Positions 1 through 8,567 of a stretch of 64,000 nt of DNA are shown here, piece by piece. Both the position numbers and the translations under genes were made by a program. The notes under the pieces were generated by a model. It had not been told where the DNA came from and made no database searches. It worked only from the letters and a program-made list of their open reading frames with translations. Source of the DNA: Candidatus Sericytochromatia bacterium (GTDB taxonomy: Bacteria > Cyanobacteriota > Sericytochromatia > S15B-MN24 > UBA4093); the NCBI GenBank assembly GCA_036676985.1, contig JAKFBU010000023.1, positions 224,001-288,000 of the forward strand, in the 5' to 3' direction. Within the stretch, counting starts at the first letter, position 1, and every line of letters begins with the position of its first letter.

Positions 1-880
1 GCTCTTGATGGGCGCCATCGCCGGCACCACCGATCCCGCCGCGACCATCGTCGTGATCCGGGAGCTGCGCGCGCGCGGCGAGCTGGTAAAGACCCTCATG
101 GCCGTCGTCGCCCTCAACACCCTGGTGGAGATGATCCTCTTCAACGCCTTGATGCCCCTGGTCGAGCTCTTGCAGTCGGGCGGTCAGAGCGTCTCCTGGC
201 AGAGCGCCCTCCATGGCCTCTTCTGGGAGATTGGCGGCTCGGCCATGTTGGGCCTTGGCCTGGCCTTCGTCCTGCGGGGCTGGACCATGCTCCCCTTCGG
301 CCGGAGCAACCTGAAACTCCCGACCATCGGCCTCATCCTGCTGGGAGCAGGCGCGAGCGAGGCCCTGCACCTGTCCCCCCTGCTCGTCATGCTGCTCTTC
401 GGGGCCGGCGTCGCCAACGCGGTGCCCGTGAAGGTGGCGGTCTTCGATCTCGCCAAGGCCATGGAAGGCCCCCTGCTCGTGATGTTCTTCACCCTCTCGG
501 GGGCGTCCCTCCACGTGGCCGGCCTCGCGGCCGTCGGCAGCGTCGGACTGGCCTACATCGGCGGCCGGATCGTCGGCAAGGTCGTCGGCGGCTCCCTGGG
601 GGCCTCGGTGGCGGGGGCTGCCCCGGCGTGCCGGCGCTACCTCGGCGCCTGCCTCGTGTCACAGGCCAGCGTGGCCCTCGGCCTGGCCTACCTCGTCCAG
701 GAGCGCTTCCCGGACATCGCGGGTCCCATCATGCCCGTGACGCTCGGCGCTGTGGTCGTGTTCGAGGTGATCGGGCCGCTCCTGACCCGCTACGCGCTCA
801 TCCGCTCGGGAGAGGTGGCCATCGCCGCCCCCGCCGGGGTCCGGACGCCCATCCTGCCCGTGCCGAAGCTCGCCCCCTGA
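1..880 (+). CDS. Cation:proton antiporter (Na+/H+ exchanger family), 5'-truncated by window edge
   Basis: Multi-TM protein with TDPAAT, FFTLSGA, GRIVGKVVG and SQASVALGLA motifs; frame open to window start. Confidence 0.85.
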   Translation, partial: LLMGAIAGTTDPAATIVVIRELRARGELVKTLMAVVALNTLVEMILFNALMPLVELLQSGGQSVSWQSALHGLFWEIGGSAMLGLGLAFVLRGWTMLPFGRSNLKLPTIGLILLGAGASEALHLSPLLVMLLFGAGVANAVPVKVAVFDLAKAMEGPLLVMFFTLSGASLHVAGLAAVGSVGLAYIGGRIVGKVVGGSLGASVAGAAPACRRYLGACLVSQASVALGLAYLVQERFPDIAGPIMPVTLGAVVVFEVIGPLLTRYALIRSGEVAIAAPAGVRTPILPVPKLAP

Positions 881-890
881 CGCCGACAGC

Positions 891-920
891 AAAAAGCCCC
901 ACCGAACGGTGGGGCTTTTT
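891..920. terminator. Bidirectional intrinsic terminator
   Basis: AAAAAGCCCCACCG-AA-CGGTGGGGCTTTTT between convergent genes. Confidence 0.85.
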
Positions 921-926
921 GAACTC

Positions 927-2039
927 CTAGCGGCCGTCGAGGTAGATGGCGCTCACGAGGGCCTGCAGCTTGAACTGGGTGATGCTGCCGTCCATGCGGC
1001 CCCAGACGTAGCCCGCGTCCTGGGGCACGTCGATCACCTGGCTCCACTGCTTGCCCGAGACCTTGATCTGGGCGAGGCGGCCCGCCTTCGTGAAGACCTG
1101 GATGCTCTGGCCGTCCGCGTTCTCGGCGCGCAGACGCAGCTTCATGGGCTTCTTCAGCTTGACCGAGTCGCCGGGCACCCCGATGAACGTGCCGTCGCCG
1201 TTCAGGTCGGCCTCCAGGTAGAGGCGAGCCGAGCGGGGGCTGCGCACACCCATGGTCCGGCCCTCGCGGATGGCCTTGACGAGCGACTTCTCGGACTTGT
1301 CCGGCGCGTACACGAGCGTGCAGGGCTCCGTGACCTTCTGGGGCCAGCGGTGGTAGTCGGAGGCGGCGGTGATGGGGATCTTGACGCCGTCCCTCATGAG
1401 GCCGTCCCACCACTTGATGCCCGTCTCGGCCGCGATGCCGACCTTGCGCTGGTTGTCCTCGGTCAGGTAGGCCTGGGCCTGCTGCTCCTCGTCCAGGTCC
1501 GGCACGAAGTAGTGGCCGCTCCAGACCTCGAGGGCGTTGAGGCGCGGGTCGTACCCGCCCTTCCAGTGGCTCGAGCCCGGCGCGAACGGGTGGTGCACGA
1601 TCATGGTGGCGCCCTGCGCGTAGCCCTGGGCGATCGCCTCGGCGGGGGACTTGTCGAGGGAGATGGTGCCCGCCCAGTTCGCGAGGCTGGGGCCATGCAT
1701 GCCGATGTGGCCGTTCTTGGAGGTCCACTCGGTCGAGTGCAGCAGCGTGAGGTCCTGCTCCTGCTGGAAGGTGGGCTTGGTGAACTGCTCGAGGCTGTCG
1801 TGCTCGGTCAGGGCGAGAGCGTCCGCGCCCTCGGCCTTCGCCATCTTGATGATCTCCTCGATCGTGTTCTTGCCGTCCTTGATCGTGCTGTGGGTGTGCA
1901 GCTCGACGACGTACCACTTGCCGGCGCGGGCCTTGGCGGTGGTCTTGTCGGCGGATCCGCCGCCCATCAGGCCGGGCGACAGGCCGCAGCCCGCGAGGGC
2001 GACGACGAGGGCAAAAGCGGACAGGCGAGTGACGTTCAA
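927..2039 (-). CDS. PHP-domain (CehA/McbA-like) metallohydrolase lipoprotein
   Basis: Lipobox LAGC; ELHTHS, ALTEHD, GHIG, HHPF, SDYH motifs; AGGAGG before TTG start. Confidence 0.8.
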   Translation of the reverse strand: MNVTRLSAFALVVALAGCGLSPGLMGGGSADKTTAKARAGKWYVVELHTHSTIKDGKNTIEEIIKMAKAEGADALALTEHDSLEQFTKPTFQQEQDLTLLHSTEWTSKNGHIGMHGPSLANWAGTISLDKSPAEAIAQGYAQGATMIVHHPFAPGSSHWKGGYDPRLNALEVWSGHYFVPDLDEEQQAQAYLTEDNQRKVGIAAETGIKWWDGLMRDGVKIPITAASDYHRWPQKVTEPCTLVYAPDKSEKSLVKAIREGRTMGVRSPRSARLYLEADLNGDGTFIGVPGDSVKLKKPMKLRLRAENADGQSIQVFTKAGRLAQIKVSGKQWSQVIDVPQDAGYVWGRMDGSITQFKLQALVSAIYLDGR

Positions 2040-2077
2040 GCTTCAACCTCCTGTGAGGAACAGGCGAACGATACTAA

Positions 2078-2117
2078 CTTAACCTATCCTTAGCCTTCTG
2101 TAAACTAGCCTTAATCT
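2078..2117. promoter_or_regulatory. Tandem CTTAAYCT-type boxes with 10-11 bp period
   Basis: CTTAACCT(2078) CTTAGCCT(2089) TGTAAACT(2099) CTTAATCT(2110) upstream of the PHP gene. Confidence 0.6.
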
Positions 2118-2228
2118 AAGTTAGTGGCGACTAACCAGTCTCTTCAGCCTACCGCCTGGCTTCCCGGCATGAAAGTCGTGCGGAGCAACGCCCCTAGCAG
2201 CTTGGCGGCCGACCTGTGGGTGGACAGC

Positions 2229-2255
2229 AAAGAGCCCCCCTGTTTCCAGGGGGGC
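2229..2255 (-). terminator. aspS terminator
   Basis: GCCCCCCTG-GAAA-CAGGGGGGC followed by TCTTT on the minus strand. Confidence 0.75.
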
Positions 2256-2268
2256 GAGGCGGGGGCGT

Positions 2269-4041
2269 CTAGCCCTTGACCTGGATGTGCAGCTCGCGCA
2301 GCTGCTTGGTGTCCACCGGGCTCGGGCAGTTGGCCATGAGGTCCTTGGCCGACTGGGTCTTGGGGAACGCGATGACGTCGCGGATGTTGTCGCGGCCGAT
2401 GAGGATCATGATGATCCGGTCCAGGCCGAGGGCCAGGCCGCCGTGGGGCGGGGTGCCGTAGTCGAAGGCCGACAGGAGGAAGCCGAACTTTTGCTGGATC
2501 TCCTCCTCGTTGAGGCCCAAGAGGCGGAAGACCCGCTCCTGGACGTCGCGCTGGAAGATTCGGAGGCTGCCGCCGCCGATCTCGTAGCCGTTGAGCACGA
2601 TGTCGTAGGCGAGCGCCTTGACGGCCTCGGGATCCGACTCGAGCTGGTCGAGGTCCTCGTCGCGCGGACGGGTGAACGGGTGGTGCATGGAGTAGTAGCG
2701 CCCGTCGGTCTCGTCGTACTCGAACATGGGGAAGTCCGTGACCCACAGGAGGTCGAAGCGGCCTTCGGGGATGAGCTTGAGGTCCTCGCCCAGCTTGAGG
2801 CGCAGGCGGCCGAGCACGTCGGCCACGTTCTTGGGCTTGTCCGCCCCGAAGAAGATGAGGTCCCCGGGCTTGGCGCCCATGGCCGCGACCACCTTCTCGA
2901 TCTCCTCGGGCGCGAGGTTCTTGGCGACCGGACCCGACGCCTCGCCGACCTTGATGTAGGCCAGGCCCTTGGCGCCGAAGCCGCGCACGAACTCGGTGAG
3001 GGCATCGATCTGCGAGCGCGAGATCTTGGTGGAGCCTTCGGGCACGCAGATGCCCTTGACCTGGGGCGCCTCGGAGAAGACCTTGAAGCTCGAGCCGCGC
3101 AGCGTCTCGGTCAGGTCCACGAGCTCCAGGCCGAAGCGGGTGTCGGGCTTGTCGGAGCCGTAGCGGCTCATGGCCTCCTCGTAGGTGAGACGCGGCACGG
3201 TGCCGATGTCGGCGCCCGCGATCTCCTTGACCAGCTGCTTGACCAGGGTCTCGATGATGCCGAGGATCTGGTCCTGGCTGGGGAAGCTCATCTCGACGTC
3301 GAGCTGCGTGAACTCGGGCTGGCGGTCGGCGCGCAGGTCCTCGTCACGGAAGCAGCGGGCGATCTGGAAGTAGCGATCGTAGCCCGAGACCATCAGGAGC
3401 TGCTTGAAGATCTGCGGCGACTGGGGCAGGGCGAAGAACTCGCCCGGGTGGACCCGCGAGGGCACCAGGTAGTCGCGCGCGCCCTCGGGCGTGCTCTTGG
3501 TGAGGATGGGCGTCTCGAACTCGATGAAGCCCTGGTCGTCCATGTAGCGGCGCACGAGCTGGTTCATGCGGTGGCGCTTGATCATGGCCTCCTGCATGAA
3601 GGGCTGGCGCAGGTCCAGGTAGCGGTGCTTGAGGCGGCTGGTCTCATCGACCTCGGGCTTGCCGGACACCATCTGGAAGGGCAGGGGCTTGGACGCGTTC
3701 CAGATGACGAGGTTGTCCGCGAAGACCTCGACCTCGCCGGTGGCCATGCGCGGGTTGGCCATGCCCTCGGCGCGGGCCCGCACCGTGCCGGTCACGCCGA
3801 TGACGAACTCGTTGCGCAGCCGGTCGGCCAGCTCGTGGGACTCCTTGGAGACCTCGGGGCTGAAGACCACCTGGACCAGGCCGTCGCGATCGCGCAGGTC
3901 GACGAAGATGACGCCGCCGTGATCGCGACGCGAATCGACCCATCCGTAGAGGGTCACGGTCTGGCCAATCTCGCTGGCACGGAGTTGGCCGCAGTAGTGG
4001 CTGCGTTCGCCGAGGCGGATCTGGGGCATGGCGGTCTTCAC
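2269..4041 (-). CDS. aspS: Aspartate--tRNA ligase, probably non-discriminating (Asp/Asn)
   Basis: RRDHGGVIF, TPEGARDYLVPSR, FRDEDLRADRQPEFTQLD, PPHGGLALGLDR; GTG start after CAGGAG. Confidence 0.97.
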   Translation of the reverse strand: MKTAMPQIRLGERSHYCGQLRASEIGQTVTLYGWVDSRRDHGGVIFVDLRDRDGLVQVVFSPEVSKESHELADRLRNEFVIGVTGTVRARAEGMANPRMATGEVEVFADNLVIWNASKPLPFQMVSGKPEVDETSRLKHRYLDLRQPFMQEAMIKRHRMNQLVRRYMDDQGFIEFETPILTKSTPEGARDYLVPSRVHPGEFFALPQSPQIFKQLLMVSGYDRYFQIARCFRDEDLRADRQPEFTQLDVEMSFPSQDQILGIIETLVKQLVKEIAGADIGTVPRLTYEEAMSRYGSDKPDTRFGLELVDLTETLRGSSFKVFSEAPQVKGICVPEGSTKISRSQIDALTEFVRGFGAKGLAYIKVGEASGPVAKNLAPEEIEKVVAAMGAKPGDLIFFGADKPKNVADVLGRLRLKLGEDLKLIPEGRFDLLWVTDFPMFEYDETDGRYYSMHHPFTRPRDEDLDQLESDPEAVKALAYDIVLNGYEIGGGSLRIFQRDVQERVFRLLGLNEEEIQQKFGFLLSAFDYGTPPHGGLALGLDRIIMILIGRDNIRDVIAFPKTQSAKDLMANCPSPVDTKQLRELHIQVKG

Positions 4042-4206
4042 AATCGGCTCCTGGTCGAGGGGGGGCGATGGCACGCCCCGATCCTGGCGGAACCACGAAC
4101 GGGGCGAGAGTAAGCTATAATGTATTTTTAACCTCTGCTATTCTAACCCAGCTAGCACCGATCCACAATCTTCCCCGAATCGGTGCGTTCGGAAGGAAAA
4201 CCAACC

Positions 4207-5523
4207 GTGACTGAGACCGCCACTCGCCGCACGGCGAAAATCTCCCACCTCAAGGACTACGCCGACCAGGAAGTCACCATCCAGGGTTGGCTCTACAACA
4301 AGCGCTCCAAGGGCAAGCTGCAGTTCCTGCAGGTTCGCGACGGCTCGGGCATCGTGCAGGCCGTCGTCGTTCGCGGCCAGGTCTCGGACGAGAGCTGGGA
4401 AGCGGCCGACAAGCTCACGCAAGAGGCCTCGGTCCGGGTGACGGGCACCGTGCGCGCCGACGAGCGCGCCCAGGGCGGCTACGAGCTGACGGCGACCGGC
4501 GTCGAGCTGGTCCAGCTGCCCCTCGGCGAGTACCCCATCTCGCCCAAGGAGCACGGCGTCGACTTCCTCATGAACCACCGGCACCTCTGGATCCGCTCCA
4601 AGCGCCAGCATGCGATCCTGCGCATCCGCTCGACCATCGAGGCGGCCATGCACGAGTTCTTCGAGAGCCGCGAGTTCCTGCGCTTCGACACGCCGATCCT
4701 GACGCCCGCCGCCTGCGAGGGCACCACCACCCTGTTCGAGACGGACTACCACGGCGACCCCGCCTTCCTCGCCCAGTCGGGCCAGCTCTACCTCGAAGCG
4801 GGTGCCATGGCCTTCGGCAACGTCTACTGCTTCGGGCCGACCTTCCGCGCCGAGAAGTCCAAGACGCGCCGCCACCTGATGGAGTTCTGGATGGTCGAGG
4901 CCGAGATGGCCTACGTGGAGCTCAAGGAGAACATCCAGGTCCAGGAGGACTTCGTCGCCCACGTGGTGCGCCGCGTGCTCGAGAAGAACGCCAGCGACCT
5001 CGCGGTGCTCGAGCGCGACCTGACGAAGCTCGAGAAGACCACCCAGGGCAACTTCCCGCGCATCACCTACGACGAGGCCGTCGAGCGCCTGCAGAAGGCC
5101 GGCTCGGACATCAATTGGGGCGAGGACTTCGGCAACGACGACGAGGACATCCTCGCCAACCAGTTCGACACGCCCTTCTTCGTCACGCACTACCCGACGG
5201 AGATCAAGGCCTTCTACATGCAGCCCGACCCGAACCGGCCCGAGGTGGCCCTGTGCGCGGACATGCTCGCCCCCGAGGGCTACGGCGAGATCATCGGCGG
5301 CAGCCAGCGCATCGCGGACTACGACCTGTTCACCCAGCGCATGCAGGAGCACGACCTGTCCGAGGAGGCCTACGGCTGGTACCTTGATCTGAGGAAATAC
5401 GGCTCGGTGCCGCACAGCGGCTTCGGCCTGGGCATCGAGCGGACCATCCGCTGGGTCTGCGGGCTGGAGCACATTCGCGAGTGCATCCCGTTCCCGCGCC
5501 TCTTGACCCGCATCTACCCCTAG
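4207..5523 (+). CDS. asnS: Asparagine--tRNA ligase
   Basis: [48 protein letters not shown]. Confidence 0.96.
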   Translation: MTETATRRTAKISHLKDYADQEVTIQGWLYNKRSKGKLQFLQVRDGSGIVQAVVVRGQVSDESWEAADKLTQEASVRVTGTVRADERAQGGYELTATGVELVQLPLGEYPISPKEHGVDFLMNHRHLWIRSKRQHAILRIRSTIEAAMHEFFESREFLRFDTPILTPAACEGTTTLFETDYHGDPAFLAQSGQLYLEAGAMAFGNVYCFGPTFRAEKSKTRRHLMEFWMVEAEMAYVELKENIQVQEDFVAHVVRRVLEKNASDLAVLERDLTKLEKTTQGNFPRITYDEAVERLQKAGSDINWGEDFGNDDEDILANQFDTPFFVTHYPTEIKAFYMQPDPNRPEVALCADMLAPEGYGEIIGGSQRIADYDLFTQRMQEHDLSEEAYGWYLDLRKYGSVPHSGFGLGIERTIRWVCGLEHIRECIPFPRLLTRIYP

Positions 5524-5530
5524 GCCCCAA

Positions 5531-5567
5531 GCAAAGCGCCCCGCCGGATACCGGCGGGGCGCTTCGC
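5531..5567. terminator. Hairpin terminator between asnS and the HMA gene
   Basis: AAGCGCCCCGCCGG-ATA-CCGGCGGGGCGCTT. Confidence 0.7.
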
Positions 5568-5580
5568 GTAGGGTGGAAGG

Positions 5581-6012
5581 CTACTTGGTCTTGGGAGCCG
5601 CGGCGGCGACCTTGGCGTCGAAGCCGGCCTTCTTGACCGCCTCGACGATGGCCTTGGTGTCCGAGATGGCGTGCGAGCAGTAGTCGACCGAGGCCAGACC
5701 CTTCTCGAGGTCGACCGTCACGGCCTCGACGCCCTTGACGTTCTTGAGCTCCGAGGTGACCTTGTCGACGCAGCTCTGGCACTCCATGCCCAGGACCTCG
5801 AACTTGGCCGAGAGCATGCAGGCTTCCTTCTTGGCAGCAGGCTTGGCCGCCGCGGGCTTGACGGCCGCGGCCTTGGCATGGCCGCCGCCGGCCTTGACCT
5901 TGTGATCCGCGCAGGACACCTTGCAGGCGGCCATGTCGCTGCCGCAGGCAAAGGCCTGGGTGCCCGACAGGCTCACGGCCAGGGCCGCGATCACGATGGC
6001 AAACTTCTTCAT
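5581..6012 (-). CDS. Exported heavy-metal-associated (HMA) domain protein
   Basis: Signal peptide ending AFA; GMECQSC motif; AVKKAGFDA C-terminus. Confidence 0.85.
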   Translation of the reverse strand: MKKFAIVIAALAVSLSGTQAFACGSDMAACKVSCADHKVKAGGGHAKAAAVKPAAAKPAAKKEACMLSAKFEVLGMECQSCVDKVTSELKNVKGVEAVTVDLEKGLASVDYCSHAISDTKAIVEAVKKAGFDAKVAAAAPKTK

Positions 6013-6098
6013 CCGAGCATCTCCTCTAACGTCGGGCGCGTGCCCTGGTTGGTTCGTTGCTCAGATTATATCAGTGCTGGCCTGATTTGGGGGTAGGG

Positions 6099-6890
6099 TC
6101 AAGCGGTCAACGGAGTTTGGAGCCGCGGCTTGATCGCGGTGACGGGCTGATGGAGCACCTCGGCCTTCTGGGTCGCGGGCAGGCCCTTCCAGAAGGTCTC
6201 GAACTCCTGGATGTACTTCAGCTTGGCCTTTTGGCCGCCCTCGTGGAAGCCGAAGGAGCGCAGCTCGGCGATCGCCTTGTTGGAATCCCAGCCGTCGCGG
6301 GCAATCCGGATGGCCGCCGCCATGGTGCCCGTGCGATCGACCCCGTGGTAGCAGTGGAAGAAGACCTTGCCGTTCTCGGGATCGAGCGCCGTCTTGAGGA
6401 ACTTGAGCGTATCGGCATGCGTGGGCGCGTCGAGGGGCGGCTGGGGCAGGAAGACGGCCTTCATGCCGAGCTTCTCGACCACCTCGCGCTCGACGTTGCG
6501 CTCGGGACGCAGGTTGATGACGGTCTTGACGCCCTGCTTGGCGAGCTCCTCGAAGCCCGCATCCGAGGGCTGAGCGCCGCGCAGGATCTTGGGGCCCAGG
6601 GCGCCGAGCTTGTCGAGCGGAGCATCGACGTTGCGGCCCATGAAGCCGTAGATCTTGTGGCCGATCTTGGTGAAAGCGGGGTGCACGTCGCCGAGCCAGA
6701 TGAGAGCGGCGGCACCAGCGTCCGCGGCGCGTTCCTTGAGGCTGAGCTTGGCAGCCTCCTGGACCTCGGTCTTGAGCTGAGTGCGAGCGGTCTGGGCCAC
6801 CTCGTTCGCGGCCGACCGTATGACCGAACGCTCGGCTTGCGCCGCGCGGCGCACGGTCTGTTGGGCGATCTGCTGGGCGGCTACGCGCAT
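6099..6890 (-). CDS. Cys-dependent protein-tyrosine/dual-specificity phosphatase with Ala/Gln-rich N-terminal extension
   Basis: RGAQP, KTVINLR, FHCYHGVDRTG (CX5R) motif; GGAGG RBS. Confidence 0.85.
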   Translation of the reverse strand: MRVAAQQIAQQTVRRAAQAERSVIRSAANEVAQTARTQLKTEVQEAAKLSLKERAADAGAAALIWLGDVHPAFTKIGHKIYGFMGRNVDAPLDKLGALGPKILRGAQPSDAGFEELAKQGVKTVINLRPERNVEREVVEKLGMKAVFLPQPPLDAPTHADTLKFLKTALDPENGKVFFHCYHGVDRTGTMAAAIRIARDGWDSNKAIAELRSFGFHEGGQKAKLKYIQEFETFWKGLPATQKAEVLHQPVTAIKPRLQTPLTA

Positions 6891-6923
6891 GGGCACCTCC
6901 GTCGTTCAACAACTGTTAAGGAG

Positions 6924-6951
6924 GTTGTCCGACGCGGGCGGGGGGAACTTG
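6924..6951 (-). promoter_or_regulatory. Putative sigma28-like promoter
   Basis: CAAG-N15-TCGGACAA on the minus strand, similar to TAAA-N15-GCCGATAA. Confidence 0.4.
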
Positions 6952-6990
6952 CGGCAGTGGGGTAAAGGCCTGGCTAAATTTTGGCCAAGC

Positions 6991-7020
6991 AACAGGGGAG
7001 CCCCTTTGAGGGCTCCCCTG
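6991..7020 (-). terminator. Hairpin terminator downstream of hisS
   Basis: CAGGGGAGCCC-loop-GGGCTCCCCTG-TT. Confidence 0.65.
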
Positions 7021-7032
7021 CGTCACGTTGGA

Positions 7033-7135
7033 GGGATCGGGTGTCGGCGTCACCCCGGCGAAAGCCGGGGTCCAGGGCCTGCGCCCGTTGAGCCGACCCT
7101 GGATCCCGGCCTTCGCTGGGATGACGGGCGATCCC
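7033..7135. repeat. REP-like composite palindrome (GTCAY...RTGAC type), copy 1
   Basis: CGTCACCCCGGCGAAAGCCGGGGTCCAG ... CTGGATCCCGGCCTTCGCTGGGATGACG, flanked by GATCG/CGATC; second copy at 48361-48477. Confidence 0.85.
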
Positions 7136-7153
7136 CGTAGGTTCCTGAACTCC

Positions 7154-8461
7154 CTAGGGCGAGGCGACCGGGGCCGGCGCGGCCTGGGCGATGGCCTGCG
7201 CGATCGCCTGGGCGTCCATGGCCACGTTCAGGCTCTCGCGCGTATCGGAGCGCTTTAGCTGAACCTGGCCCGTCGCAACCTCATCGTCACCCATAATAAC
7301 GAGCCATTTGGCATTGAGCTTTTCTGCCAACTCCAATTGCTTCTTGAGCTTTCGCGCGCCAAAGCTTACCTCGACTTGCCTATTATAAAGCCGATTCGAT
7401 AGCATGAAGTGGCGCAAATCGTGCGCGAGCTTAAAGCCAGCCACTTCAGCGGCCGCGCCAAGTGTCGCGATGAAAATGTCCACTTCATCGCGAGGCTTCT
7501 GCTTATCCAAGAGGATTGCAAGTCGCTCCTCACCGAAGGCCCAGCCCACCGCCGGGGTGGGAGGACCGCCCAGCTCCTCGACGAGCTTGTCATAACGGCC
7601 GCCCGCGCACACCGTGTCCTGGCTGCCGAGACCGCTCTCGGCCACGATCTCGAACACCGTGCGGGTGTAGTAGTCGAGCCCGCGCACCAGGCGCGGGTTG
7701 AGGCGGCTCTGGACGCCCACCGCGTCCAGGTAGGCGAGCAGGCTCGCCTGGTGGGTCCGGCACTCCGCGCAGAGCACGTCCTGCAGGCTCGGCGCCCCCT
7801 GGTTGACGTCCTTGCAGGCGGGCACCTTGCAGTCGAGCACCCGCAGGGGGTTGGTGTCCATGCGCTCCAGGCAGGTCTCGCAGTAGTCGGCCTGCTTCTC
7901 CTGGAAGTAGGCGACGAGGCGATCGCGGTACGCCGGCCGGCAGACCTCGCAGCCGAGGCTGTTGAGCTCCACGCGCAGGTTGGGGACCTCGAGGGCGGCG
8001 AAGATGTCCAGCGCGAGGGTGATGGCCTCGGCGTCCGCCTTGGGATCCGCCGAGCCCAACAGCTCGATGCCGATCTGGTTGAACTGGCGCTGGCGCCCTG
8101 CCTGGGGGCGCTCGTAGCGGAACATGGGCCCGCCGTACCAAAACTTGACCGGAGCCGGCATGGTCGCGTACAGCTTGCCCTGCACGTAGGCCCGCACCAC
8201 GCCCGCGGTCCCCTCGGGGCGCAGGGTGATGGAGCGATCGCCGCGGTCGGAGAAGGTGTACATCTCCTTGCTGACGATGTCGGTGGCGTCCCCGATGCCG
8301 CGCGCAAAGAGCTCCGTCGCCTCGAAGATGGGCGTGCGGATCTCGTGGTAGTGGTAGCGGTGGAAGAGCCGCCGCGCCGCGTCCTCGATCCGATTCCACA
8401 AGAGCGACTCGGGCGGCAGGACGTCGCGCGTCCCGCGCTGGGCGCTGATCATGTTGGCCAC
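7154..8461 (-). CDS. hisS: Histidine--tRNA ligase
   Basis: RGTRD, LRPEGTA, FRYERPQAGRQRQFNQ, LVRGLDYY, AGGRYD. Confidence 0.97.
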   Translation of the reverse strand: MANMISAQRGTRDVLPPESLLWNRIEDAARRLFHRYHYHEIRTPIFEATELFARGIGDATDIVSKEMYTFSDRGDRSITLRPEGTAGVVRAYVQGKLYATMPAPVKFWYGGPMFRYERPQAGRQRQFNQIGIELLGSADPKADAEAITLALDIFAALEVPNLRVELNSLGCEVCRPAYRDRLVAYFQEKQADYCETCLERMDTNPLRVLDCKVPACKDVNQGAPSLQDVLCAECRTHQASLLAYLDAVGVQSRLNPRLVRGLDYYTRTVFEIVAESGLGSQDTVCAGGRYDKLVEELGGPPTPAVGWAFGEERLAILLDKQKPRDEVDIFIATLGAAAEVAGFKLAHDLRHFMLSNRLYNRQVEVSFGARKLKKQLELAEKLNAKWLVIMGDDEVATGQVQLKRSDTRESLNVAMDAQAIAQAIAQAAPAPVASP

Positions 8462-8567
8462 GCCAGACCTCTTTCTACGTTGCGTCTCAAACAAACGCCC
8501 TCACCCCGAGCGCCTGCGGCTCTTCCGTAGGGGAGTGAGGGTGTGACTCCTGATGGGGGTAGGGTGG

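Noticed and set aside
2118-2230. 6S RNA downstream of aspS (Bacillus synteny)
   Set aside because: Only about 110 nt are available and there is no long rod with a central bubble
2287-4113. Long opposite-strand and alternate-frame ORFs (also 9614-11461, 29021-30598, 38352-40673, 43847-46615 and others)
   Set aside because: Shadow ORFs expected from high GC3 over recognisable genes; no RBS or motifs
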